The position numbers were made by a program, and so were the translations under genes. Under the pieces are notes generated by a model. The model worked only from the letters and a program-made list of their open reading frames with translations, had not been told where the DNA came from and did no database searches. Shown here piece by piece: positions 23,542 through 37,519 of a DNA stretch of 52,965 nucleotides. This DNA comes from Octopus bimaculoides (lineage: Eukaryota). Position 1 is the first letter of the stretch. The number at the start of each line of letters is the position of its first letter. Where the stretch lies: positions 37,263,291 to 37,316,255 of the forward strand of contig NC_068988.1 of assembly GCF_001194135.2 (NCBI RefSeq), read 5' to 3'.

Positions 23542-23980
23542 NNNNNNNNNNNNNNNNNNNNNNNNNNNNNNNNNNNNNNNNNNNNNNNNNNNNNNNNNNN
23601 NNNNNNNNNNNNNNNNNNNNNNNNNNNNNNNNNNNNNNNNNNNNNNNNNNNNNNNNNNNNNNNNNNNNNNNNNNNNNNNNNNNNNNNNNNNNNNNNNNNN
23701 NNNNNNNNNNNNNNNNNNNNNNNNNNNNNNNNNNNNNNNNNNNNNNNNNNNNNNNNNNNNNNNNNNNNNNNNNNNNNNNNNNNNNNNNNNNNNNNNNNNN
23801 NNNNNNNNNNNNNNNNNNNNNNNNNNNNNNNNNNNNNNNNNNNNNNNNNNNNNNNNNNNNNNNNNNNNNNNNNNNNNNNNNNNNNNNNNNNNNNNNNNNN
23901 NNNNNNNNNNNNNNNNNNNNNNNNNNNNNNNNNNNNNNNNNNNNNNNNNNNNNNNNNNNNNNNNNNNNNNNNNNNNNNNN

Positions 23981-24015
<35 letters not shown>

Positions 24016-26342
24016 TGCATTTATGTATGCATATATCAAGCTTAATTATGTTTATCTACATCACTAACTCTATACATATATACGTGTATATGTCTGTGTG
24101 TGTTTACACACACATACATACATATGTGTATATAAATACATGCATGTATATGTGTATAAACAACTAAAATAAATGAATTAATAAAGTAGAAAAACATCTG
24201 TAAAACATAAAACAACGAAATGCAAAAGTAAGAAATCGTATTATATTCCTGCAACAAATATATCAGAAAGATTTGAGTTTCTAACTAAAGGCAGAGATGT
24301 TTACTTCCATTAAATATATTTAATTTTGCTATTTTGTTTTTCCTAATATATATCTTTAAAAATATTTATGTGCGTGTGTAGAAGTACAAATATATATACA
24401 AATACACATACACATATATGTGTGTGCGTGCGCGTCTGTGTGTATGTATCTCTTTCTTTTCCTTTCCTAGCTAACAAAGAGAAGAAATACAAAATTTGAC
24501 CGGCCTTATAAACGTAGACAGTCACATAATAGCAACAGCTTTCAAGACTAATAATGCCGAATTACTGAATAAGTAGAGACAGAAGATGAATGTCATTTAT
24601 GTAATGTGGGGGGGGGTGATTTTTTTTTTACATTTTGATTGTGGTCAAAGAGAGGAATGTAAGCAACAGTATTAAGAATGTGAATACGGATTCGTAAATA
24701 AATATCCGAGCGTACGGTCATCAGTGTACTACACAACAACGTACTGAAATTAAAGTCATGACTGTAGCTCAGTACGGTTTGTGGTCCTATGTTCTTCTTG
24801 AGAAGTTCGCAATGTCAGGTACACAATGCGTTTTGAAAAGAAGTGCACTGTAATTTGCCTGAGTTTCAAAATATTTCAATAGCCCAAGTAATTGTTTACT
24901 GATACACACCAAATCAATTAGCAATGTGAAATATCGTTAATTAAACATTTTAGTTGCCATTTGTTTCACATGTGATACACATAACAAATTTTCCTCGAGT
25001 TCATGCGTCAATTATGATACACATTCCGATTTATTTCAACTACTAGAGTGACTTGGGACTTATAAAAGGAAGGTTTTATACTTCTCAGAACGTGTGAAAT
25101 AAGGGCTAAATAAAAGTCTGAAAAGAAGCCTGGGCCTTTAGAAGAAACATATGAAGATGCTTTGGACAGTCAAAGGGTAAATATTGTGGTGCAGACCATT
25201 TAAAGAACATTCGTTGATCGCCACAACTAGTTAAGGCCTGTGTATGGGAGAGAAAGATGAGTGATGAGAAACTTCCATGCGGGGTGAAAAATCTCTTCTA
25301 AGTTAGTTCGCCTTTAAATAACAGTTGAACCTTAAGTTTCTAAAATCGGTTTAGCGAGAAAACTTGTACATTTCCTCTAAAGTCACAGTCCCGGCGATAA
25401 GTCAGCCAGCATTGATTGTGTATGTGTTAATACCTTCAACTTTTAATTTTATAGATTTTAGCGTGAGAAAATCTGGGAACTATGGTTTGAATGTTAATGA
25501 GGTTCTGACTACAGTATAAGCCACTGAAGTCGTATGGTTAAAAAGTTCATTTCCGAATGATAAATGCATAGTTCATTGTTGTTTCCAACATAGTGATAAC
25601 ATAGACACATGATTTCTTCTGTATTGCACTGGATGACCTGTATTTACTGGATACAAAATTTTATTCTTTGTCAGGTTTACCTCGGCCAACAAGCTTTTGA
25701 TTGATTTTAGCAAACCGTACTTTGTTTTCAACATTTGAGCTAGACTTCCGGTTTCAGCGTTAAAATAACATCTACCCTTTCTTCCAACGGTTCGGCAAGA
25801 CCTGGAATGAAATATGAGAACGCTCAAAGATTTTTAGATAACACTAAATCAAATAATTCCGTGTACAGTGACTTTTCGTGGTTGGAATGAATTTTAACAC
25901 ACTCAACGGATGTTATTTCGCAACTGCAGTTTTTATACTGCCCTTCTTAAGTAATTCGATATTTCTGAATAAAAAAAAATCATTGTGCTTCTTCTTTTAA
26001 TTGAGCCGTAACATTAAAAAGCATAGCAAAAGTGAAAATTTTACTTTATAAACTATCAACAAGAGCGTGGATAATATCCACTGAGTTGTGAAGAAGATCG
26101 CTTCGCAATCATATGATTTCGTGTTCAGTCCTATAATGTGGATTTGGCCAAGTGTCTCTCACTACAGTACCGTGGTCGACCAACCAATTCCTTGTGCGTA
26201 AATTTGGTTGACGGAAACTGGGGAAGCTCGAAATATGTGCGCACACACACATATACACGCATGCACAAAGACATATGCATACATGTGTGTATATATAAAC
26301 TAACTTGGAAATACGTGTTTCGCGTCCAATTAAAATAATAAA

Positions 26343-26388
<46 letters not shown>

Positions 26389-26797
26389 GCATGTATTATT
26401 ATGCATTTATGGGTACAGGACGTCACCGATGATGCAAATAACATGAAATACGTAAACAACGAGAAAAATGGAAAACAGGATACGTAAACGTAAACACAGA
26501 GAAAGAGCCCTACATTAGTTGTTGGCTGTCTATCTACTCCTCATTTCGAGCATTCAATGACAGTATGAATATTCAAAGCAGTTGCACCCATAAATTCTAA
26601 AATAAAATTTAGGATTTATGGACGGTCTAAGTTGGGAATAAAACATGACAGTGGAGACACAAGGAAACTGAACAAAAACAAACATGGTGGGTCGTTAGAT
26701 CTGAACGAGAGGAAAATAGTGAACGCTGGGAAAAACATTTTTTTTTTTTTTTTTGGAAAAGACAAAAGATAGAAGAGTGAGAGAAAAAGACTTTGCC

Positions 26798-27135
26798 CTT
26801 TATCCCTTCTGTATGTGTATACTCCTCTAGCTTTTGTATTCTTTGACAAACTCACTAGGCTTCAAAGAGGTACTGATAGGTCGTATCTGTTTCCATTACC
26901 GCCTACATTACAAGAATAGAAATCAGTGACTTCCAGAGTCGTTTTATATTTACTCACTCGCCTTCTTAGGTATTTCTATCCTTAGACGCGCTACAAGATG
27001 GTGAGTAAATACAAGACGACTTTCGAAGTTACTGAAATCTATTCTTGTAATGTAGACGTTAATGGAAACGAAGCCTAGTGAGTTTATCAAAGAAAAAATA
27101 AAAGCTAAAGGAGTACACACGTAGAGAAAAGATAA
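26798..27135. repeat. Fold-back / MITE-like long inverted repeat (arms ~140-165 bp)
   Basis: ttctttgacaaactcactaggcttc[~25-nt insert]gtttccattaccgcctacattacaagaatagaaatcagtgacttc pairs with gaagttactgaaatctattcttgtaatgtagacgttaatggaaacgaagcctagtgagtttatcaaagaa. Pairing extends outward to ttatc/gataac. Confidence 0.9.
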
Positions 27136-27733
27136 CAGACATTTTTTTTTAATTTCTCATTCTTCTATTTTTTCTCTTTTCAAAACAAATATCAGTCATA
27201 GAAAATAAAGAACACTCGAATATTCAAACTTTCTTTCAGTTCTAGATACAGAATACAGGGCCTAATTTTCATTGATTTTGATATTTTAAAATACCTTTAA
27301 CGCAAAATGAATAGCTAGAGAATATAAAATGAAATATAATGAATAATACTTAACGAATCTGATTACATGACAGATGGAGTTAAACTGAAGAATATCCCAA
27401 ATAAATGCCTTAAAAAACGTTCATGGTCCTGTGAGCACATGCACAAACAGAAACACGCTTTTACACAAACACACACACGCACACAAGCACACACACATAT
27501 ACACACACATATACACACACATATATATATACACACACACAAGCATATGTCACTGGCACAATACGTACATACAAATATTCATTCATATTCATCATGGTGA
27601 GTTGTTGAGGAAGTCAGTATGCAGTCACCCGAATATCTGTGTATTTATATGTGTGCGCGTGTGAGTATGTGCGTGTGCGCGCGCACGCGTGTGTGTTATG
27701 AGTATTTGAGGATATTTAATTCTCAATATGCTA

Positions 27734-28140
27734 CGAGGGGCCTTCCTTATAGATTTTCCCTGACCCACTTCCCAAGGACTTGAATAAACGAAACTTGTCT
27801 ACATAGCCACTGCCAATAGTGATATACATCTCTCATCATTTTATGCAGCTGTGAAGATTTTGTGTGTAGAAGTCGGTAGGTTGAATCTGGAGCCAAGACT
27901 TTACCTCTGAAATAAGTTCATCCTCATGCGAAAAGTGCTTCCCCTTCAAAAAAAGATTTCATGGTTGGAAAGAGGTGGGAGTCAGATGGTGCGAGATCGG
28001 GAGAGTAAGGGGGATGAGGAAGGATTTTATAGCCACAGGAGTGTGCTTTCATCTGAGCAACATGCGCATTGTGAACTGAGGCATTGTCTTGGAGGAAGCG
28101 GGCTCCTTTGGTCAGAACATCCGACATAGGTTGTACGTAC
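27734..28140 (-). mobile_element. Mariner (DD34D-type) 3' fragment with terminal TIR
   Basis: FLQDNASVHNA...GYKILPHPPYSPDLAPSDSHLFPTMKSFFEG; terminus TA|cgagggg at 27732-27740. Confidence 0.88.
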
Positions 28141-28230
28141 TAAAGGGAGACTAATTTATGTCTACAGAGACAAACGAAAACAATTCGATCTGTGTCAAGT
28201 GATTACTTCACAGGGTTAAAAACCGTTACG

Positions 28231-28484
28231 AAGAGGAATAACCACTAAAGTGGACACCGAATATGCTAAACATAGACGTCAAATCGCCATTACTACGAAG
28301 AGTGTGTTCTCAAGAAAAATCTCAGCAAAATCTCGTTTTTTATTTCGTATATTTTCATGTCTTGCTCATTTTTACATTTTGGCGTTTTACTGAGATTTTT
28401 CTTGAGAACACACTCTTCGTAGTAATTGTGATTTGACGTCTATGTTTAGCATATTAGGTGTCCACTTGCGTGGTCATTCCTCTT
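28231..28484. repeat. Long inverted repeat (100-bp arms, 54-nt spacer)
   Basis: 28231-28330 versus the reverse complement of 28385-28484, roughly 92% identical by eye. Confidence 0.95.
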
Positions 28485-28842
28485 AATTTTGTATGTAACA
28501 CAATTCTTAATCTTCGGATTTCTTAAATATGCTAAGCCACCGGTTTTAATTGATTAATATCAATTTCTACCCTTATCATTTAATTTTAAATAAAAATGTT
28601 TTCTAACCGGTAAATTAGCTGCTGAAATTTATTAACTGCAGAGTTATTTCCGGCCTCAGCGCGCCAAACTTGAAAAATACACCCAAATATAATTTGTAGA
28701 ACTTTATACATGCTCTCTCTCGAGTGAGCATTCTGTGTCTAGTTTTGGAAATTGTGTTTTGTATGCAACAGACTACGCTGACGATCTTGCAGATATTTAC
28801 ATACGTAAATATTAACAAGTGAAACCATGCTACGTAGGTAAT

Positions 28843-29002
28843 CGTTTTTTATTTCGTATATTTTCATTTGTCTTGCTCACTTTTACATTTTGGTGTTTTG
28901 CTGAGATTTTTCTTGAGATTTTTCTCTTCGTGGTAATGGCGATGTGACGTTTATGTTTAGCATATTAGGTGTCCATTTTAGTGGTCATTCCACTTAATTT
29001 TG

Positions 29003-29005
<3 letters not shown>
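28843..29005 (+). repeat. Diverged direct copy of the spacer plus right arm of the 28231-28484 fold-back
   Basis: cgttttttatttcgtatattttcat...tatgtttagcatattaggtgtcca...gtggtcattcc.cttaattttgtat matches 28334-28494. Confidence 0.9.
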
Positions 29006-29101
<96 letters not shown>

Positions 29102-29789
29102 GCACACTCACACACACACACACACTTTCATATGTGTGTGCATGTATGTGCGTATGTGTGTGTATGTGTGTGTGTGTGCGTGTGTGTGTCTTCCATATTA
29201 CAATATTACGTCCAGTTGAATTTATAGTAATATACGAATAAGAACTCATAATTTCCTGGATACACTTAAAAGATGAAGTAACTGTTAGTTTCACAACAAC
29301 CAAATAGGTTAAGATGAGTAATCCAAATATACATCTCCATAAATTATGGTGAAGTTAGTAGCATCATACTTAATGATGTGAAGAAAAAGCTAATTACTTA
29401 TAATGCTGACGCCGTGAAGAGAAGTAAATATTATCTCGCTAACATTAATTTACTCTGATCTTGGCAAATATTACCGAAAACTCTCATCAACTATAGCCTG
29501 TACTTGCCAAAATCAGATTAAATTAATATTAGTTATTGAGTTAATGTTTCTAATGTTTTCTTACCTTCAGTGAATAATTAAAATTAATAAATTAGATTTT
29601 CCCTACTCTAAGCATAGACGTATTTTTATATGTGAATTGTTTCACTGGTAACTTTGCCTTAGTTGCCATGATCATTTACACGCCATCTTGTAAATCATAT
29701 TTACATTTGTAGAATAATTTTTTGAAGGCCCTAGAGTAGGAATTACAGAGAAGACTGTCTTATTGCAAAGCTCGAAAGGGAGCGAAATA

Positions 29790-29982
29790 TGTGCAAAGAT
29801 ATCGCACGTGCTTAGCATTATTCCGTCTGTCTTTACTCTCTGAGTTCAAATTCTGCCGCGGTCGGCTTTGCCTTTCATCCTTTCGAAATCAAGAAAATAA
29901 GTACTAGCTGAACACTGAGATCGATATATTCGACTAGTCCCCTCCCCAAACATTTCAAGCCCTATAATAGAAAGGATTATAA
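29790..29982 (+). mobile_element. SINE family B copy
   Basis: ctgagttcaaattctgccgcggtcggctttgcctttcatcctttcg...agtactagctgaacactg...tatagtagaaaggattat-like tail. Confidence 0.8.
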
Positions 29983-30785
29983 TTGTTGTTCATTTAACTG
30001 GGGGGGGGGGTTCTTATCGCCGCATAAGCATTATTCACTAATTATGTTTTCCTCACAACATTAAGAATGAAAGTAGTAAGTTGATGGCAAAGCAGATTAA
30101 TACCCTTAAACCATTCCACAATTATGGTCAGAGTTCCAGCTCATATGTTCAGACATGAACCTTGAGTGGGAGTACATGCATATGAGAAATCAGTGGTTCC
30201 TATTAACCTACTTATTTTGAGCCATTGAAGGTAGCTCTATATGTCTGATCGACTTCCTGTATAGAGACAAGTTTTCAACACAGGCATTGAAATACTAATA
30301 TATTAATTAATACAGTTTGTTGTGCGTTGCCTCTAAAGAAATATCTTGATGCTGATAGATTGAATGAGTTCAATCGAAAGAACCTGCTAAGTAAGTGGGG
30401 GTTCATCAAAAACAGAAACATTCTATTACATTGATAACTAAATTCATTTTGTTATATGTTATAAAATCAAATGTCTGCTGTAGATATGGATATATGTGCT
30501 AAAAAATCGAAAAGAGTGAAACAGCGAGAAGTAAAAGGAAAGAGAAAGAAAGAGAGTGGAAGATGGAAAGACATAGTGAAGAATGTTGTTGAAGAATAAG
30601 TACGGAAAGACAGAAAATATCCAACCATTGACAGAGAAGTGGAAGAGAAAGACGGTATAGATGTCGTTATTGACATAAAAGTAGTGAGATATGAAAATGC
30701 AGATGTTTCTGCCTTGAAGAATAGATTCAGAGAGATGCTGATTCATTTAGTTTGTGTGTGTGTGTGTGTGTGTGTTTTTGTGTGT

Positions 30786-30826
<41 letters not shown>

Positions 30827-30843
30827 NNNNNNNNNNNNNNNNN

Positions 30844-30889
<46 letters not shown>

Positions 30890-31529
30890 AGAGAGTGAAA
30901 TTACCAAATGAATTTATTAAATCAATTCAAATTACTTTGCAAGTAATAATTGTTTATCTGAGTGATTAATGCAACTGTGATAAGCGACCACAGGCAGTAA
31001 CTGAAAGCAAAATATTAGATTGTAATATTATTTTCTCTCTAGTTTTAATAATGCGTTTCAATAGCAGAATGCTTTGTGGATTTATATGCATTGCCATCTA
31101 AATCATAACCCATACTGCCTTGGTACTCCAATTATCAAATGCCGAGCAGTCAACTTTGCAACATTGTGTAAAATAACAGTAGCCAGGGGAATGCCACAGT
31201 TAGTTTTATAACAATAAGATTATTAGAAGTTTATAGAGGATCACAACACATGATTTCCTCTAGAACTTTAATTCTTAAGATGGCGTATAATATTTACCCA
31301 TGCAGGAATGCATGTCCAGCCTTTGGAGAGAACGTGTTGGAAAACTGTGTTATTTGCTATACATTTGTCATATCTTTTAATTTGAGATTTATCTGTTTTA
31401 GCTTTACATCAAGGTGTAAACAGTTTTAACATTGTAACGAAATGGAAACAATTTATAAAAGCATTTTGCTACGATACAGTTAAGTTGTTAAAGCTTTGAC
31501 AAATCTTAATACGAAATACTAGATCCATG

Positions 31530-31890
31530 TTTCTTATTTCTTTATTTACCACAAGGTGCTAAACATAGAGGGGACAAACAAGGACAGGCAAAGGGATTAA
31601 GTCGATTACATCGACCCCTGTGCGTAACTGGTGCTTATTTAATCGACCCCGAAAGGATGAAAGGCTAAGTCGACCTCGGCGGAATTTGAACTCAGAACGT
31701 AGCGGCAGACTAAATACCGCTAAGCATTTCGCCCGGCATACTAACGTTTCTTATTTATTTATTGCCCACAAGGGGCTAAACATAGAGGGGACAAACAAGG
31801 ACAAACAAAGAGGTTAAGTCGATTACATCGACCCCAGTGCGTAACTGGTACCTAATTTATCGCCCCCGAAAGGATGAAAGGCAAAGTCGA
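31530..31890 (-). mobile_element. Two tandem SINE family B copies (31530-31747; 31748-31890, 5'-truncated)
   Basis: Duplicated gctaaacatagaggggacaaacaaggaca...ttaagtcgattacatcgacccc...gaaaggatgaaagg blocks, each with a ttcttattt tail. Confidence 0.9.
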
Positions 31891-32341
31891 CATTTCGCTG
31901 TAGGTTATAAATATCCGTCTTTGTGTTTCTGCAAAATTACTGGAAAACGACAGCACGGATTTTCACCGAATTTGGCAGAAATCTTGAAATAAACTGAATA
32001 ATGATATACATATGCTGAACTGAGAAATCTTCAGTTACTCTACTCAAGTTACAATTTCAAGTATATATCTCTAATTATTGGGGCCCTGGGATATGTAACA
32101 CACTGCCTAAATACCAACCTTGAGAAATTAGGCTTCTCAAAACCAGAAAGGAGAAAGCTAATTCTAAGACTACAGATCCAATCCATCACTGGAACTGTAA
32201 AAATATGTAAAACTTTCCAGAAGCTTATCGTTTAAGTATATATGAGCATATCTAGATATGCAAGTATATGTATGAGAATACATACATAAAACAAAACATA
32301 TAAATCTGCACATATACATACATGTGTATATATATATAATG

Positions 32342-32555
32342 ATTGCAATTTTTGGCAGAAGGCCAGTAAGTTCGGGGTTGGGATAAACCGATTACATCGA
32401 CTCTAGTGCTCAACTGTAATTCTTTTCATCAGCCTCGCAAAGATGTAATGCAAAGTCAACCCTAGTGAAATTTGAACTCAGAACATGAAGATGGACGAAA
32501 TAATGCTAAACATTTTTGCCTAGAGTCCTAACGATTTTGCCAGCTCACCGCCTTG
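32342..32555 (-). mobile_element. SINE family B copy (diverged)
   Basis: cgattacatcgactc...atttgaactcagaac...aacgattttgccagctcaccgcc. Confidence 0.8.
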
Positions 32556-33120
32556 TAAATAGTAATAAAAATACAGAAAACTGCAGTTTGTTTCATACAC
32601 TAGTGGATGGAATGAAAGAGAAGTTCATGCATGGGTACACAGACGTTTTCAGATAGAGGATGTTATGAAATCGTACTGCTTGTATGAGAATCGTGATAAT
32701 TTCGTGGCTATGCCCCAGTGCCTCCTCTATGGCCAGCAGTATAACTAGCCTGACTCTCATAGTTCAGATATTTCCCAATTCATTAATTTTCGATTGTTCT
32801 TCTTTTTCAATGTGTGCATTAAATTACTATTTCGCAACGTTTATGACAATGTTTGCTACGAGCTAATATAACATCCAAACTTTCCTGTATACATAATCTA
32901 CAGTGGCTCCTATTCCCTGGTTAGGCATTATGTGTCTCGGGAGTGTTGAATTCAGTTTGTCAGTTTGAAGCTAATTTTAAATTTGTCCAAGTTATAGACG
33001 CTCTCAGCTAGAGAAGCAGAGTGCTTAAACACTGGATGGAATACGAATGAATAAACATAGAATTACGTTGTTACATAGGATTAACTGAAGCACTTTTACT
33101 ATTGTGTATAAATACCTAAT

Positions 33121-33503
33121 GTGGAGGCGCAATGGCCCAGTGATTAGGGCAGCGGACTCGTGGTCATAGGATCATAGTTTCGATTCCCAGACCGGGTGTT
33201 GTGAGTGTTTATTGAGCGAAAACACCTAGAGCTCCACGAGGCTTCGGCAGGGGATGGTGGCGAATCCTGCTGTACTCTTCCCCCACAACTTTCTGTCACT
33301 TTTACTTCCTGTTTATGTCGTGCCTGTAATTCAAGGGGTCAGCCTTGTCACGCTGAATATCCCCGAGAACTACGTTAAGGGTACACGTGTCTGTGGAGTG
33401 CACAGCCACTTGCACGTTAATTTCACGAGCAGGCTGTTCCGTTGATCGGATCAACTGGAACCCGCGATGTCGTAAGCGACGGAGTGCCAACAACAACAAC
33501 AAC
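33121..33503 (+). mobile_element. Full-length tRNA-derived SINE family C with (CAA)n tail and 11-bp TSD
   Basis: A-box-like gcgcaatggcccagtgattag and B-box-like gtttcgattccc; ends ggagtgcc(aac)n. TSD aaatacctaat at 33110-33120 and 33504-33514. A decayed related piece lies at ~45835-45915. Confidence 0.9.
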
Positions 33504-33603
33504 AAATACCTAATATTAATATATACCTGTGCCTCACAGAGGGTGCCTTTAAATGATGCTACTGAGATGCATAGCTCATACATATTCTATATATATATTA
33601 TAT

Positions 33604-33666
<63 letters not shown>

Positions 33667-33774
33667 TTTAGATGTATGTACACATACGTATGTATATATG
33701 CATATATATATATACATATATATATGTATACACGTATATTTAAACGCATATATTTACGCCTATGCTTATATATA

Positions 33775-33824
<50 letters not shown>

Positions 33825-33837
33825 GGCGAATGTTTTT

Positions 33838-33965
33838 GACAATAGAATGTAGCACTCGTGATCATAAAGTTGTGGTTTCGATTCCAAGACCGGGTGATGT
33901 TGTGTTCTTGAGCAGAACACTTCATTCACATTGCTCCAGTCAAGTAAGCAGTGAAAAATATGTGA
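33838..33965 (+). mobile_element. tRNA/CORE-like SINE fragment
   Basis: gcactcgtgatcataaagttgtggtttcgattccaagaccgg...gttcttgagcagaacacttcattcacattgctccagt. Confidence 0.6.
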
Positions 33966-34218
33966 TCCTGATACTAATCCGCCTCATATCCAAAGAGGGG
34001 GATAATATTATAGGTCACAAAATATCGAAAATCGACCTAACGAGGCTATGGCTTGATCTTTGATATATGAATGTACATAGTATTAATGTTTAGCATTTAT
34101 TTAGCAGTTTATCAGCTACTTGTCTTATGATTAATATAAATGTTGTGAATATAATACATTTCTTTGACTCAGTTCCATTTGTTAGGCGTTGCATACGTGG
34201 AATAATATTGTTTTTAAA

Positions 34219-34830
34219 TTTTAGCACAACGCCAGCAATTTCGGAGGAGGAGATAAGCCGATTATATCGACCCCAGTGTTCAATTGGTACTTATTTTATC
34301 GACTCCGAAAGGAAAAAAAAGGAGAAGTTGATCTTTGAACTCAGAATCTAAAGATGAACGCAATGCCGTAAGCATTTTAACCGGCATGCTAACGATTCTG
34401 CCAGCTCGCTGCCTCACATACATAGAAAAATATTGGTTTCAAATTTTGGAAAAAAAAGTCAGTAATTTTGAAGCAGGAACTGAGTTGATTACATCGACCT
34501 CCAGTGTTCAAATGGTACTTATTCCATCAACCCTAAGAGGATAAAAGACAAAGACGACCTCTGTGGAATTTCATCTCAGAATGTAAAGACGGACGAAACA
34601 CTGCTGAGCATTTTGCCCGGTGTACTAACGATTCTTTACTACTGTGAGTACAAGGCTCGAAATTTTGTGGGAGGGGCCAGTCGATTGAATCGACTCCGGT
34701 ACGCAACTAGTACTTAATTTATCAACGCCGAAATCGACCAAAGGGAATTTGAACTCACATCGTAAAGGCAGACGAAATACCGCAAAGAATTTCGCCCGGC
34801 GTGCTAACGATTCTACCAACTCACTGTCTT
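34219..34830 (-). mobile_element. Three head-to-tail SINE family B copies (34219-34415, 34432-34635, 34650-34830)
   Basis: Three repeats of cgatt..atcgac..cag/cgg...gtactta...tttgaactca...ccgg..tgctaacgattc. Confidence 0.88.
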
Positions 34831-35088
34831 ACATATTGTGTATGTTTTTATCAAGTAACTTCATGCTATGTTCTTCATGTTTAGAAATGCTAGTAGATAA
34901 AATAATAGAATTTTTAATGCGTTTCAAGTAAGTCTGTACTTGTCCATTTTCATTCCGATCTTCAAATAGGTCTTAAAACGTAACACTAGACTTATACATA
35001 CACACACATACACACACACAAACACACACACAAACACACACACACACACACATACACACACACGCGCGCACATATATATATGTATGTA

Positions 35089-35124
<36 letters not shown>

Positions 35125-36160
35125 TACATATTTATATATGTATATATGTATATATGTACATATTACTGACTTACTTTCAGGTCTTNNNNNNNNNNNNNNN
35201 NNNNNNNNNNNNNNNNNNNNNNNNNNNNNNNNNNNNNNNNNNNNNNNNNNNNNNNNNNNNNNNNNNNNNNNNNNNNNNNNNNNNNNNNNNNNNNNNNNNN
35301 NNNNNNNNNNNNNNNNNNNNNNNNNNNNNNNNNNNNNNNNNNNNNNNNNNNNNNNNNNNNNNNNNNNNNNNNNNNNNNNNNNNNNNNNNNNNNNNNNNNN
35401 NNNNNNNNNNNNNNNNNNNNNNNNNNNNNNNNNNNNNNNNNNNNNNNNNNNNNNNNNNNNNNNNNNNNNNNNNNNNNNNNNNNNNNNNNNNNNNNNNNNN
35501 NNNNNNNNNNNNNNNNNNNNNNNNNNNNNNNNNNNNNNNNNNNNNNNNNNNNNNNNNNNNNNNNNNNNNNNNNNNNNNNNNNNNNNNNNNNNNNNNNNNN
35601 NNNNNNNNNNNNNNNNNNNNNNNNNNNNNNNNNNNNNNNNNNNNNNNNNNNNNNNNNNNNNNNNNNNNNNNNNNNNNNNNNNNNNNNNNNNNNNNNNNNN
35701 NNNNNNNNNNNNNNNNNNNNNNNNNNNNNNNNNNNNNNNNNNNNNNNNNNNNNNNNNNNNNNNNNNNNNNNNNNNNNNNNNNNNNNNNNNNNNNNNNNNN
35801 NNNNNNNNNNNNNNNNNNNNNNNNNNNNNATATATATATATATATATATACATGTACGTGTATGTGTGTGCGTGAGTGTGCAACAACATAGTTCTTGTTA
35901 AATACAGCTACTCAAGGTTTCCTGGCCGAAGCAATAATTTATTTCGCTATTTTTTAAGCTGATAACAGGACCGTTTGTCTGTTACATTTTAAAGCAGACG
36001 ATGTTTAAGCAAGAGACGAAATAAATTATTATTTGCAGGAAACCCTAGGTAGCTGCATCTAACAACACTTGTGTTTTTATTATAACATTATATTTAATCT
36101 CTTATCTGATCAACTGCTAATCTACTTGTTGAAACCGTGTCACATAATATTATATATACG

Positions 36161-36217
<57 letters not shown>

Positions 36218-36684
36218 ATGTGTGTATGTATGTATGTATGTATGTATGTATGCATATATATGTGTGTGTATTTGTAAGTATATGTGTAGGTAGGTAGGTA
36301 TGTATGTATGTGTAAGTGCTAAATGAAACCTAGTATTAGTAATTGACATACTATGTACTACCTGTCCCACCTTTGGCTGTTCATGTACGTCCTCACATGT
36401 GTGCATTCACAAAAGTCATGTGTGTATCTACAAAATAAAAGTAAAACATAAAAAACATTTAATCACATTGTCACGTCCGCGTCGAAGTTCTGAGAGTTTT
36501 AATAACATACTTGCGCGTCGTGTTCTCGTGTAAATATACGTATATACTTGGATGCATGTACACATACATATATATGTGTGTGTGTGAGTGTGTGTGTGTG
36601 TGTATAAGTACGCGTGTATGTCATAGAGAGGGAGAGAGAGTGTATATATGTATACATATATATATATTTGTATATATATATATG

Positions 36685-36716
<32 letters not shown>

Positions 36717-36768
36717 TATTATATATTATATATATGCATATATATATACATCTGTATCNNNNNNNNNN

Positions 36769-36837
<69 letters not shown>

Positions 36838-37519
36838 TATATATGTATATATATATATATACATATATATATGAAGAAGATGCATATATATCTACACGCA
36901 TAAATACGTAGACATATGCATAGTTGTGTTTAAAAAGTGTATGCGTTGATGAATATATACATATGTGTGTGAGTGTGTGTGTGCGTGTGTTAGTGTGAGT
37001 GAGTGTATATGTATGCGCGAGCGTATGCATACGTGTGTATGTACGTACCTATATGTATATATGCATGAATGTATGTATGCATGTATCTGTGTATGTACGT
37101 ATCTCTGTGTATCTGCGTATGTATGTATGTATGTATGTACGTACGTACGTATGTATATGACCACGTAATGTCACACACTTTGAATTTATAAATCAGTCAC
37201 GAATTTACTGACCTCTTCTTCCGTTTGCTTCCCGGCATAAATGGAACGTTATTCTTTCGAAAAAACTTTTTATCTATTTTTAAAACAATGTCGTATTGAC
37301 TTTTCTTTTCCTTAATTTATGTTACTCTTTTATAGCTACATTTCTGTCTTTTCACCTTCCGAAATATATTCATTGTTTTTTTATTTTTTTATTTTTTACA
37401 GTTTTTTGCTTTCTTGTGGTTTTCATCTCATTACAAATATCTCCCGCATTTCTACATAGTTTTTGTCATTATTATTTCAATACTTGTTTTTCTTGTTTTA
37501 GGGCCACCGTATTTGATAT

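Noticed and set aside
24700-24740. Minus-strand CTGATGA-ccg(tacgct)cgg-ATA
   Set aside because: No GAAA after the stem.
30470-30750. Purine-rich frame MSAVDMDICAKKSKRVKQREVKGKRKK...
   Set aside because: In-frame stop, low complexity, no splice signals and no recognisable domain.
32563-32750. Open frame FVSY..WV..YCLYENRDNF, superficially like a TIR-domain box
   Set aside because: Spacing is wrong, it ends in a stop, the acceptor context is purine-rich and there are no further TIR motifs.
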